IMG/VR virus record: IMGVR_UViG_3300025410_000009
Strand: one strand, 5' to 3'
Length of the DNA stretch: 64,000 nucleotides
Source: a virus
Lineage: Duplodnaviria > Caudoviricetes
Part shown: positions 1 through 9,763 of the stretch, in pieces
Position numbering within the stretch: the first letter of the stretch is position 1
How the letters are laid out: each line of letters starts with the position of its first letter
Program-made: the position numbers and the translations under genes
Notes under the pieces: generated by a model
Told to the model about the DNA's origin: nothing
The model's input: only the letters and a program-made list of their open reading frames with translations
The model's database searches: none

Positions 1-1113
1 CATGACACCGTTTAAGAAAAATCTCCAAGCACCACTGGTGGTTTGTCTAGTAAATGCCACATGATTCCATGTATTTAATGGGATGGTCACAGAACCACTG
101 AAAAATGAATTAGCGTAGTAGTCTATACTAAAACCTGTAGAACTTACAACAAAATTGGGACGTGTTTGCCCACTAGCACCGCTGGATGTTGTAAATAGCC
201 CAAATGACGCTGTTGATGTTAGGTATACCCAAGCTTCAACACAGCAGGCATTGGTGCCTAGATCAAGCCCGTTACTGACTGTCAACTGCAAGTAATCGGT
301 GCTGCCGTTAAACAACATGCTGTAATACCCGGTGGGCAAATACGGTGTAAATCTGTTGCTGCTAACAGTGCCGGTTGGTGTAATATTGGCATTGCTGACA
401 CTGGCATCAGTGATATAAGTGGTGATTGGAGTTTCGCCGTTCACTAACAAAGGCGTATAATTAAAGTTCAAATCACCAATCACGATGCTTAGAGTAATGG
501 TTTGCTGTGTGGTCTGTGAGTAGGCATCAGTGACCAAAATGGTCACTGTTGAAACAAATACCAAGTTGGCGCCGGTATAGGTACCAAAAATCAAACCAGT
601 ACCCGACAGGGAAAGACCCTGTGGCAGTGTGCTGCCCGACTGTAAGGTATAGTTCAGTGTACCCGATCCAGTGGCCTGTAGTTGTACATTGACCACGGCT
701 GTGCTTGAACTGTAGCTGGTGGCGGTGACACTGGGGTAACCCGAGAATGTGAGTCCAGCTGCATACAAACATCCACTGGATGAATTGTTAAACAGCATCA
801 AGGAATATGTACCAGCCGACCCCGAACCCACAACAGCATGCACTTCACTTGAGCTGACAAATGTGGTTGTCACTGCCAACCCGTTGATGTAAACGGTGCA
901 GCCAGATGCAAAGTTGCTGCCAATCAGCTTTAAATATCCGCCACTGGTGTTCATGGCTGTGTCAGGCAAATTGGTGTAACTGGCGTTGGTTATAAAAACA
1001 CCAGTAATGACCGGGGCAGTTGACGAAGCAAGACTGGGACTAGAACCCACAGTGGTGCTGCTCACAGCACTGGTATTGGCCACGCTTAAACGGCTTGATG
1101 TACGGTATGCCAT
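1..1113 (-). CDS. Fibre/adhesin-type virion protein, partial (runs off the window start): IPT/TIG-like + Ig-like + LamG/ConA-like domains
   Basis: Not in the ORF track because it has no stop in the window. ATG at 1113 overlaps the upstream TAA (TAATG) and the frame is open for 371 codons (MAYRTSSRLSV...PVITGVFITNASY...GGYLKLIGSNF...LPQGLSLSGTG...CVEAWVYL...WNHVAFTR...RFFLNG). EAWVY/WNHVA/FFLNG are LamG-type motifs. Confidence 0.8.
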   Translation of the reverse strand, partial: MAYRTSSRLSVANTSAVSSTTVGSSPSLASSTAPVITGVFITNASYTNLPDTAMNTSGGYLKLIGSNFASGCTVYINGLAVTTTFVSSSEVHAVVGSGSAGTYSLMLFNNSSSGCLYAAGLTFSGYPSVTATSYSSSTAVVNVQLQATGSGTLNYTLQSGSTLPQGLSLSGTGLIFGTYTGANLVFVSTVTILVTDAYSQTTQQTITLSIVIGDLNFNYTPLLVNGETPITTYITDASVSNANITPTGTVSSNRFTPYLPTGYYSMLFNGSTDYLQLTVSNGLDLGTNACCVEAWVYLTSTASFGLFTTSSGASGQTRPNFVVSSTGFSIDYYANSFFSGSVTIPLNTWNHVAFTRQTTSGAWRFFLNGVM

Positions 1114-1442
1114 TACGAAATCTCACTTCCAAATGCTAAAAAACTGACTTGAGCTGTGCTGGCTGCAACCGAAACAACATCAGTTGCAGCCAAGGTGATA
1201 CCTATCGTGATCATGACTGTGTCATTTGCCGGCAGCGTGGTGGCATAATTGATGTAGTTTTTACTGCTCACAGCAGCACCAGCTGGCCTCACAGCCAGGC
1301 TGTATGTGGCTGAAGTATTGGCCTGATTGCACACCGCAATGGTACTGATCACCGTACTAGTGCTGGCTGGTACCGTGTACAATGTGCTCAGTGTGTTTGG
1401 CGCGGGGTTAATTTGGCCTAAAACTCGATAGGTTGTTGTCAT
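1113..1442 (-). CDS. Small virion beta-sandwich protein; stand-alone copy of the ~105-aa 'Y(K/R)VLGQ' module
   Basis: 109 aa, clearly paralogous to the N-termini of the three upstream ORFs; tight gene packing. Confidence 0.75.
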   Translation of the reverse strand: MTTTYRVLGQINPAPNTLSTLYTVPASTSTVISTIAVCNQANTSATYSLAVRPAGAAVSSKNYINYATTLPANDTVMITIGITLAATDVVSVAASTAQVSFLAFGSEIS

Positions 1443-1456
1443 TATAGTCTATTTAT

Positions 1457-3181
1457 TTAGAATGTTATCGTGCCCGAAGAAGTAAACACATAGGTTCTAA
1501 CACCAGCAAAGTCGGTCACAATGGGATTTCCGGTTATGCTGCTAGGTGGTGAATAAGAATCACTGTAACTGATGGCCACCAAGCCCGATCCGCCACTGCC
1601 GCCAACCCCATTTGCGCCCAGAGTATACCCAGCACCGCCACCACCGCCTCCGGTATTGGCCGTACCACTCACAGCACTGGCAGCACTATTTGTGTTGGCT
1701 CCAGCCCCACCACCGCCTATGCCCCCGGCTCCACTTCTACCCAAGATACTGGCACCACCGCCACCACCGCCGGCGTAGGTCACACCATTGACCCAAGTTA
1801 CCCCGGCACCACCTGCTCCGCTGGTGTTGTCTGTGGCCGAAATACCCACTGTGGCTGCACCACCACCGCCACCTGCAGACTGCTGATTTGCCAGGCCACT
1901 TCCGCCCGAACCACCCGAGAAGCCCTGTGCTGGAGTCTTGGCTGGATTGTTACCCGAGCCGGCTGCTGATCCGCCAGCACCATTGGCACCACCGCCTGAA
2001 CCACCTGCGGCTGCATCGGCTGCAGTATCACCGCCATGGCCACCACCAGTGGCTATTTCGTTCCAGGCGCTGCTGTCGGTTCCGTTTGTGGCTGCAGTCA
2101 CATTGGCACTGTAACCACCCGATCCGCCAGCGCCCACGTTGATCACATAAGTTGATCCGGTTACTACACCAATACCGCTTAGAGAACGGTATCCGCCAGC
2201 ACCACCGCCACCACCGCCTGAATTGGTGACAGCATAGCCACCTCCGCCACCACCAGCCACTATCAGCAGGTTCACATTACTGGGCGCTGAAGTAACGGTC
2301 AGTGTTATTGCTTGATTGGTAATTTGTGACAGCGCATTTGTGGCAGTCACAGTGAATGTGTACACACCAGCAGTTCTAGTGCCCGACAACAATCCAGTGC
2401 TGCTTAAGGCAACACCTGCGGGCAGTGTGCTACCTGAGGCCAACGAGTAGGTGACAGGACCAGTTCCGCCAGCTGTGGTAGCCGACAGTTGTACACTGAC
2501 GTTGGATCCAAATGCACCTGTACTCAAATAAGTGCCTGTGGTCCAAACAGGAGCTGCCGAGTAGGTCAAACCACCTAGGAACAAGTAACCAGCACCGCTG
2601 CCGTTAAACACCGACAGTGCCTGAGTTCCTGCTGAAGCCGCAGGCAATTGAGCATAGATAGTGGTACCATTTACACAATTTGTGGTTATTGCTGGTACTG
2701 AGTTTACATATACTGTGCAGTTGGCTGTGAACCCGCTGCCGTTTAATTGTATGAAGCCGCCCAAGGTGGACATTGTGGTTGCTGACAATGCGGTATAGCT
2801 GCTATTGGTGATTGCAAAACCAGTGATAATGGGTCCGTATGTGGTACTGGCCACTGTGGTCTCTGCGCCAAAAGCATTAAAACTCACATTGCCAGTTGAT
2901 GCTCGAGCCGACAACACATCGGTTGTGGCCATAGTCAAACCTAGAACCAGTGATATGGTATCGTTGGCATTGATAGTGGTGTTGTAGTTGAGATAGCTGT
3001 TGGCCACAATGGCACCACCACCAGGCTGTACACTCAGGGTAAACAGGGCCGGTGTGGCTGCTTGATTACAAACCACAATTGAACTAACCACCGAACTGAC
3101 TGCTGCGGGTACGGTGTACAACACAGTTGGTGCGTTTGCTGCAGGATTGATTTGTCCCAAAACTTTGTAATTTGTTGTCAT
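1457..3181 (-). CDS. Glycine-rich fibre/adhesin protein (YKVLGQ module + TIG-like + Ig-like + polyglycine domain)
   Basis: 574 aa. LLIVAGGGGGG...GGSGLVAISY...VFTSSGTITF domain and an LPAGVALSSTGLLSGT Ig-like motif. Confidence 0.75.
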   Translation of the reverse strand: MTTNYKVLGQINPAANAPTVLYTVPAAVSSVVSSIVVCNQAATPALFTLSVQPGGGAIVANSYLNYNTTINANDTISLVLGLTMATTDVLSARASTGNVSFNAFGAETTVASTTYGPIITGFAITNSSYTALSATTMSTLGGFIQLNGSGFTANCTVYVNSVPAITTNCVNGTTIYAQLPAASAGTQALSVFNGSGAGYLFLGGLTYSAAPVWTTGTYLSTGAFGSNVSVQLSATTAGGTGPVTYSLASGSTLPAGVALSSTGLLSGTRTAGVYTFTVTATNALSQITNQAITLTVTSAPSNVNLLIVAGGGGGGYAVTNSGGGGGGAGGYRSLSGIGVVTGSTYVINVGAGGSGGYSANVTAATNGTDSSAWNEIATGGGHGGDTAADAAAGGSGGGANGAGGSAAGSGNNPAKTPAQGFSGGSGGSGLANQQSAGGGGGAATVGISATDNTSGAGGAGVTWVNGVTYAGGGGGGASILGRSGAGGIGGGGAGANTNSAASAVSGTANTGGGGGGAGYTLGANGVGGSGGSGLVAISYSDSYSPPSSITGNPIVTDFAGVRTYVFTSSGTITF

Positions 3182-3196
3182 AGTTTGCTCTTTTTA

Positions 3197-6100
3197 TTAG
3201 AAAGTTATCGACCCCGATGTGGTCCAAATATAAACTTTATACCCATTTATGTTGGATACAGCAGGGTTACCAGTGGTTGATGCAGGATCAGGATTAGCAT
3301 TGGGGAAACGCATGATGACCGCACCCGAACCGCCGGCACCGGCACCAGATCCATACACAGCACTAGCACCAATTGATCCACCACCACCACCACCTCCGCT
3401 GTTGGCACCACCGTTACCACCTAGGCCAGTACTACCGACAGTGCCGTTAGCACCCGAATTGAGTGATCCGCCACCGCCACCACCACCGGTATTGGAGATA
3501 CTGCTATTGTTATAAATACCACCACCGCCACCACCGCCCAGGCCGCCGGCACCACCAATTGATACGCCATATACTGTGTCAGCACCACCCGATCCACCAC
3601 CACCACCGCCAAAATACAATGTTGATCCTGTGATCGAAGTTGGGGCTCCAATACCACCATAACCACCAACACCAGTACCGGGAGCAGTTTGACCATTGGC
3701 ACCAGCGCCACCCCCACCGCCCCCACCGTATACGTGTGAACTAGTGTACCCGGCACCACCAGCATAGCCTTGACCTGATGTGCCGTTGGCTCCGTTTGGG
3801 TTGGTCGAATAGTTACCACCGCCACCTGATCCTCCGGTATTGGCAGCTTGAGTGGCTGATGCACCGCTACCGCCACCTATTGCAGTTATGGTTGCTATTG
3901 ACGATCCTGAAATAGTGGAATTTGCACCCACTGTGGCTGTTGCAATAGATGTATTTGATCCAACTCCGCCAGCACCCACGGTCACAGTAAAAGTTGTGCC
4001 GGTGCTAAAGGTAAACGAGCCAGTTGCAAATCCACCACCGCCGCCGCCGCCGCCAATGCTGTTACTGTAGCCACCACCACCACCGCCGCCGGCTACTACC
4101 ACATAATCAATACTGTTACCAGTCAAGTATGGTGAGAACGGAGCAGGTGGTGTAAAGGTCACTGTGCCTGAACTTTTCCAATAGTAGTAGGTATATCCGC
4201 CCACGTTTGCATAAGTTGTAGTTCCAGTAACCACCAAATTGGCATAGGTATTGGGATATCGAATGGCCACTAGACCCGATCCACCGTTACCACCGATGTT
4301 GGTATTGGTCGAATAGTTTTGTGCTGCGCCACCGCCACCACCGCCGGTGTTGACGTTGCCACTAGTGGCTGTAAGAGTACCCACTGATGCGCCTGGTGCG
4401 CCTCCACCGGTGCCACCTGCACCAGCAGTTCCGCTTGGATTACCAGCTGCACCACCACCGCCACCTCCAGCATAGGTTACTCCATCCAGCCATGCCAGCC
4501 CAGCACCGCCGGCACCGGATACTTGACCAGATCTAGCAACACCACCGCCACCAGCCCCGCCACCGCCACCAGCAGCTTGATTGCCAGCCGCACCAGTACC
4601 ACCAGCCCCGCCATCGTTGCCTTGGTTTGGATTAAGCATTGGGGTATTGCCGGTACCACCTGTAGCACTACCGCCATCGCCACCGCCACCAGATCCACCT
4701 GCACCGCCTGCTGATGTTCCAGTAGCACCACCGCCACGACCACCGCCAGCAGCAGTATATCCAAAAATTGATGAAGATTGTCCCTGTTGAGAATCAGTAG
4801 CGCCAGAATTTCTAGCACCCAAGCCGCCGGCTCCCACTGTCACAGTATATGTACCATTGGCCACCACTTGCGAAGCGAAACTCAAATAACCGCCAGCACC
4901 GCCACCGCCACCGCCACTATAACTAGATGTGGCACCACCGCCACCGCCACCGCCAATTATCAATACATCTACCACGCTGGGTGTTGTAGTGCCTTGATCT
5001 GCGGTCAGGGTACTGGGGAAAGCGCGACCCGGTCCCCATATAATTCTAACTGCGCCACCAGCGCCAGGGCCAGTCACATATGTGGCACCATATTCAAAAA
5101 CCCAACATCCACCACCACCACCAAAGCCACCGCCTACACCAGCATACCACGGCCCGCCCGGGCCTGGCCTAGCACTTGATCCACCTGCAACACCACCTGA
5201 TCCACCGCCGCCGCCGGCGCCGCCCACTGCTGTAACTGTACCATTTGCCCCTAACCCAAAAATACCAACACCACCACCAGCACCAGACGAGTAATTGATA
5301 TTGGTTTGCCCACCACCGCCACCGCCGCCGGTACTAGCAGTGGCATTTAATAGAGAAGTACCATCTGAGCCGGCTCCACCTGATCCAGTATATCCACCGC
5401 CACCGCCACCGCCACCACCGCCATGGTTAGGAGAATTTGTGCCCGATGAGCCCCCAAAGCCGCCGCCGTCACCAGACCAGCCGCCGCCAAGTTGAGATTT
5501 CAACAAGGTACCAGTACTACCAGTGCCACCACCAGTGCCACCTAGGCCGCTGACTGTGCTGTAATTTATAAAATAGCTATCTCCACCGGGATTGCCGGCA
5601 TTTTTATTAACACCATCACCAGTCACATAAGCACCACCAGCGCCAACTACCACTGTATAGCTGACACCGGGGACTACTGCAATATTGTTTCTCCATCCTA
5701 GCCCGCCACCTGACCCGCCTTGAGCTTCTTGTCCGGCAGAACCACTGCCGCCACCGCCTACAGCAACAGCACTCACTGAAGTGACACCAGCTGGTGCAGT
5801 CCAGGTATACGTGCCTGGAGTAGTAAATACTGCTTGGCCGACCGGTGCAGTATATGTATAAATTACAAATGCTCGACTGTCTGAATAAGTCTGTGAGGTG
5901 GCTGTCACTGTAAACGAGTTGGTTCCACTGGTGGTCGAAGTACCGGATATTATGCCAGTATTGGCATTTATTGACATACCTGTGGGCAGCGATCCTGCGG
6001 TGATGGCAAAACTGATTGTTCCAAAATTGACACTGGCAACTGGACCCACTGCAAAATTGGTGTTGGGAAACAGAGTGCCAATCACACCAGGTGCATTTAA

Positions 6101-6754
6101 CCAAGTGATAGTTGGAGTTGGAGTCACGGTATAAGTCAAGCCTGTGCGATAGATTATGCCCGGACTGGCACCGTTAAACAACATCAAGGGATAGGTACCA
6201 GCTGATCGAGCCGGCACTTGAGCATTCAGTTGTGATGAACTCACATATGTGGTTGTGGTGGCCAGGGCGCCGCTCACATACACATTGGCATTGCTGGCAA
6301 AATTTGCACCAGTTACCTGAATATACCCACCCCCGGTGCTTACAGTATTGTTACCACTCACAGTGGTATATGCACTATTGGTAACTGCCACGTTGCTGAT
6401 AACCGGCAACACAGCGCCAGTTACAGTGCCTATTTCAGCACCAAAGGCGGTAAAACTCACTGAATTACTACCTGCAGACACTGTAATGACATCGGTAGTG
6501 GCTAGAGTAACCCCAATGGTCAATGACACTGTGTCGTTAGCAGCAATAGCAGTCGAGCTGTTCAAATAGTGTTGTGCCTGCACCGCAGCACCAGCAGGTC
6601 TAATGGCAATGGTGAATGTGGTGGGTTGTACCCCTTGATTACAGACCACAATGGTGCTGACCACAGCACTGACGTTGGGTTGCACAGTATACAGATCAAT
6701 ACTGGTTCCTGTGACCGGATTGGCTTGCCCTAGAACTTTATAAAAAACTGTCAT
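3197..6754 (-). CDS. Large glycine-rich fibre/adhesin protein with three tandem polyglycine domains
   Basis: 1185 aa. YKVLGQ module, TIG-like and Ig-like domains, then three Gly-rich domains starting at AVAVGGGG, VLIIGGGGGGG and YVVVAGGGGGG. Confidence 0.78.
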   Translation of the reverse strand: MTVFYKVLGQANPVTGTSIDLYTVQPNVSAVVSTIVVCNQGVQPTTFTIAIRPAGAAVQAQHYLNSSTAIAANDTVSLTIGVTLATTDVITVSAGSNSVSFTAFGAEIGTVTGAVLPVISNVAVTNSAYTTVSGNNTVSTGGGYIQVTGANFASNANVYVSGALATTTTYVSSSQLNAQVPARSAGTYPLMLFNGASPGIIYRTGLTYTVTPTPTITWLNAPGVIGTLFPNTNFAVGPVASVNFGTISFAITAGSLPTGMSINANTGIISGTSTTSGTNSFTVTATSQTYSDSRAFVIYTYTAPVGQAVFTTPGTYTWTAPAGVTSVSAVAVGGGGSGSAGQEAQGGSGGGLGWRNNIAVVPGVSYTVVVGAGGAYVTGDGVNKNAGNPGGDSYFINYSTVSGLGGTGGGTGSTGTLLKSQLGGGWSGDGGGFGGSSGTNSPNHGGGGGGGGGGYTGSGGAGSDGTSLLNATASTGGGGGGGQTNINYSSGAGGGVGIFGLGANGTVTAVGGAGGGGGSGGVAGGSSARPGPGGPWYAGVGGGFGGGGGCWVFEYGATYVTGPGAGGAVRIIWGPGRAFPSTLTADQGTTTPSVVDVLIIGGGGGGGATSSYSGGGGGGAGGYLSFASQVVANGTYTVTVGAGGLGARNSGATDSQQGQSSSIFGYTAAGGGRGGGATGTSAGGAGGSGGGGDGGSATGGTGNTPMLNPNQGNDGGAGGTGAAGNQAAGGGGGAGGGGVARSGQVSGAGGAGLAWLDGVTYAGGGGGGAAGNPSGTAGAGGTGGGAPGASVGTLTATSGNVNTGGGGGGAAQNYSTNTNIGGNGGSGLVAIRYPNTYANLVVTGTTTYANVGGYTYYYWKSSGTVTFTPPAPFSPYLTGNSIDYVVVAGGGGGGGYSNSIGGGGGGGGFATGSFTFSTGTTFTVTVGAGGVGSNTSIATATVGANSTISGSSIATITAIGGGSGASATQAANTGGSGGGGNYSTNPNGANGTSGQGYAGGAGYTSSHVYGGGGGGGAGANGQTAPGTGVGGYGGIGAPTSITGSTLYFGGGGGGSGGADTVYGVSIGGAGGLGGGGGGGIYNNSSISNTGGGGGGGSLNSGANGTVGSTGLGGNGGANSGGGGGGGSIGASAVYGSGAGAGGSGAVIMRFPNANPDPASTTGNPAVSNINGYKVYIWTTSGSITF

Positions 6755-6756
6755 GA

Positions 6757-7389
6757 TTAGCTGTATGTTATTCCCGACGAGTAAATGGATCCTGGCCCAC
6801 CTGATCCATTAAAAACCATTAGCGAATATGTGCCGGGTGCCTGTGGTGGCACTTGAGACCAAAGCTCGCTGCTGCTGATGTATCTAGTGGAGGGTACTGG
6901 TTGTCCAGCAACAAACACTTGACTCAACAGGGTAAAATTCGAACCTAAAACCTTTAGGTATCCGCCATTTGCAGATGCACCCGAACCGGTATTGGCTGTG
7001 AATGTGTTATTGGTTTGTACCAGTTGACTAATCACAGGTGGTACCACCACTGGCATGGTGGGAGTTTGTCCGCCAAAGGCCACAAAGCTGACGCTGCCCG
7101 ATGCTGACGACACTGTGACAACATCGGTCTGAGCCAGGGTCATGCCCATGGTGAGCGATACTGTGTCATTGGGCGATAGGTAAGTGTTATAGCAAATATA
7201 GTGTTGTGGCTGCAGGGCTGCGCCTATAGGACGAACTGCAATGGTAAATGTGGTTGCTGTGGCAGCTTGATTGCACACCGTGAGCGAGCTTACCACTGTG
7301 CCGGTGTATATGGGCCCTGTATACAAGTCGGCATTGACGCCCACTGCTGGTATAGATTGGCCAAGTACTTGATATACATCTGGCATCAT
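6757..7389 (-). CDS. Virion protein: YQVLGQ module + TIG-like domain
   Basis: 210 aa, paralogous to the first ~210 aa of the two downstream ORFs. Confidence 0.72.
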   Translation of the reverse strand: MMPDVYQVLGQSIPAVGVNADLYTGPIYTGTVVSSLTVCNQAATATTFTIAVRPIGAALQPQHYICYNTYLSPNDTVSLTMGMTLAQTDVVTVSSASGSVSFVAFGGQTPTMPVVVPPVISQLVQTNNTFTANTGSGASANGGYLKVLGSNFTLLSQVFVAGQPVPSTRYISSSELWSQVPPQAPGTYSLMVFNGSGGPGSIYSSGITYS

Positions 7390-8075
7390 GCACCCATCAA
7401 CAAGAATGGGCTTAGGGTATCTGTAGTGACTGTGGCGGCCAATACCACCAACTCTCTAATTTGTATGTTTGCACTTAGTGCAGGTGCCACCGCAAATGTT
7501 AATACTGCGCCCGAAACAGTATAATCAGTGGTGGGTATCATGACTGCACCTGCGTTTACCACCAGCACGCTGTTGACTGTGGTGCCCGAAGTAACTGTGA
7601 AATTACGTGTTGTACCATCACCAGTGTAGGTTCTGGTCACATACGAACCCGAAGTGCTGGCTGCACCTTGAATTGTGGACACTTCGATCTGCGAGCCTGC
7701 ATAGGGTGCTTGTGAAAATATGATCACGTTGCCCACAATGGCATAGGCGCTGTGCAGTTGCACAACACCGTTATAGTTTACAATGGTCTGATTCAAACTG
7801 CCGGGAGTGACACTTAGCGCAAAGTTTGTGGTCACTCCGTCACCAGTGAACTGATCAACCGATGTCACTGTGTTTGTGGTACCTGCGGTGCCGGTGGTGG
7901 CCGCTGCCCAATAAACTGTGCCCTGCCCGTTTGTGGTCAAGACATATCCCGAAGTACCACCTGTGATTGTGAGCCCGGATACTGGTCCCAAATTGGCATT
8001 TCCACTCAAGGAAACGTTAGCCAGCTGTAGACCAGTGGTGTCCAAGCCTGATGATTTAATTCGTGATAATGTCAT
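7386..8075 (-). CDS. Fibre-associated protein with two 'FTGDG' beta-sandwich modules
   Basis: 229 aa. VDQFTGDGVTTNF and TRTYTGDGTTRNFTV modules; the same pair occurs near the C-terminus of the 2284-aa fibre. Confidence 0.7.
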   Translation of the reverse strand: MTLSRIKSSGLDTTGLQLANVSLSGNANLGPVSGLTITGGTSGYVLTTNGQGTVYWAAATTGTAGTTNTVTSVDQFTGDGVTTNFALSVTPGSLNQTIVNYNGVVQLHSAYAIVGNVIIFSQAPYAGSQIEVSTIQGAASTSGSYVTRTYTGDGTTRNFTVTSGTTVNSVLVVNAGAVMIPTTDYTVSGAVLTFAVAPALSANIQIRELVVLAATVTTDTLSPFLLMGA

Positions 8076-8087
8076 GATGTTCTACTT

Positions 8088-8441
8088 TTAAACTTCGGCA
8101 GTTTTCCAAGTTTGGCTGGCTTCATCCCACACATAGGGTTCGTTACCATCAGTGGGCATGGCCACTGGTGCTGACCACAAACCGGTATTGGTGTCCAAGA
8201 TCCACGAATCGTAAGGTTTGGGTGGAATAAAAGCGTCTAGATCAGCATCGTATGTGTAACCGATACCGGCATAATTTTTACGTAAGGGAGTACCGCCCAA
8301 GCGATGCTCGCCACCAAAGGTGTTGTAACTGGTTTGGACCCATATTGCAGGGTCGCCAAAAAGCCCAGTGTCAATGACATCCTGTTCAATAACCAAGACC
8401 TGTGTCACTACACCGTTTTCAACTTTTGCAAAATGACTCAT
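8088..8441 (-). CDS. Conserved phage protein, possible fibre assembly chaperone
   Basis: 117 aa (MSHFAKV...WVQTSYNT...RKNYAGIGYTYD...DAFIPPKP...W.APVAMP...YVWDE). I recall this type accompanying Gly-rich proteins in aquatic phages; the chaperone role is inference. AGGAG SD and an upstream AATAAATA box are present. Confidence 0.6.
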   Translation of the reverse strand: MSHFAKVENGVVTQVLVIEQDVIDTGLFGDPAIWVQTSYNTFGGEHRLGGTPLRKNYAGIGYTYDADLDAFIPPKPYDSWILDTNTGLWSAPVAMPTDGNEPYVWDEASQTWKTAEV

Positions 8442-8483
8442 AAGTGTTCTCCTATCCTGTATTTATTCTAAATTTTTAGGGCA

Positions 8484-9758
8484 TTAGAATGTAATCGAGC
8501 CCGATTGTGTGTATGTGTAATACACATAACCATTTGTGTTATCTGTGTATTTTGTGGGATTACCTGTGGTGTTGGCCGGGGTGTAGTAGCCTACTCGCCA
8601 GCGCAGAATAACTATGCCCGAACCGCCAGTAAAGCCCAACTGCAAGGGTCCGTTGTTGCCGCCACCGCCACCGCCGGTGCTGCCTAGACCTGCAGAGCCT
8701 GCAGATACCCGGGTGACTCCAACCACAGCGTTGCCACGATCTGTAGATCCTGCGCCACCGCCACCCGACCCACCGGCTCCGCCACCAATTGATGCTGTGT
8801 AGGTATTGGCTCCGCCCCCGCCGCCAGCTAGATAGTACACACCCAAAACATTTTGTCCACTTGAGATATTGGTACCAATGTTGGGCCAAGAATTAATCAA
8901 GCCCACGCCACCAGCACCGCCATTGGCATCAGTTGGAGATGCGCCTGCTGCTCCAGCTCCACCCCCGCCACCAGCACTGTAGTATGTGGTGTTGGCGTTA
9001 CCGCCTGCGGTGTCGTATATGCTGCCGGCAGCTCCACCAGTCACCTGTGAGTAAGAGCCACCGCCACCGGAACCTCCGGCACTGGCAGTGGTTTGATAGC
9101 CTGCGCCTGATCCACCACCCTGTGCTACAACTGGACCAAATGCTGAAAATGTGCCGGTGTTGGTGCCGGCACCGCCTGCGCCCACAAATATGGTATACTG
9201 TGTTGCTGCTGTGGTATTCAAATAACCGGTTACATAGCCACCGGCACCTCCGCCACCACCGCCATACACGCTACTGGTGGCATCGGGTCCACCTCCGCCA
9301 CCACCGCCCACAATGATATACTGTACATTGGCCACGTTGGCAGGTGCAAACGATGTGTCACGCACAATAACTGGTGCTGATTTTGCCAATTCAGAGACAC
9401 CGCCGCCAGACCCGTATACATACAGAGCCATCACTAGATTTTGATCACCTTCGGTGATGCCGTCATTGGTTAGAGTTCTAGTGAACGTGGCTTGTCCATT
9501 AATGATAGTGACATTACCCGATACCTGCCCATCGGTCCAACGAGCAGCACCACCCGACAGCGTACTACCATCAGCGGCACTGCCCACTTGCCACGTCACT
9601 ACAGAATTATTGGCCACGCCAGTGGTTGACACTGTGAACAATAAGGTACCACCTTCGTTTACTTGGGCAACATTAGCTGAAATTTTGTATTTGCTATAAC
9701 TATTAGATATTGCCTCGAAGCCAGAAAATCCACCCGTCATTGAAGAAATTCTAGTCAT
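8484..9758 (-). CDS. Glycine-rich fibre/adhesin protein (Calx-beta/Ig-like N-domain + polyglycine domain)
   Basis: Start re-called at ATG 9758 (MTRISS), just after the upstream stop; 424 aa. VNEGGTLLFTV...EGDQ N-domain and YIIVGGGGGGG...GGSGIVILRW...SGSITF C-domain. Confidence 0.72.
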   Translation of the reverse strand: MTRISSMTGGFSGFEAISNSYSKYKISANVAQVNEGGTLLFTVSTTGVANNSVVTWQVGSAADGSTLSGGAARWTDGQVSGNVTIINGQATFTRTLTNDGITEGDQNLVMALYVYGSGGGVSELAKSAPVIVRDTSFAPANVANVQYIIVGGGGGGGPDATSSVYGGGGGGAGGYVTGYLNTTAATQYTIFVGAGGAGTNTGTFSAFGPVVAQGGGSGAGYQTTASAGGSGGGGSYSQVTGGAAGSIYDTAGGNANTTYYSAGGGGGAGAAGASPTDANGGAGGVGLINSWPNIGTNISSGQNVLGVYYLAGGGGGANTYTASIGGGAGGSGGGGAGSTDRGNAVVGVTRVSAGSAGLGSTGGGGGGNNGPLQLGFTGGSGIVILRWRVGYYTPANTTGNPTKYTDNTNGYVYYTYTQSGSITF

Positions 9759-9763
9759 TGCGA

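Noticed and set aside
1572-9316. Many Pro-rich plus-strand ORFs (PPPPP)
   Set aside because: They are antisense shadows of GGN glycine codons in the real minus-strand genes.
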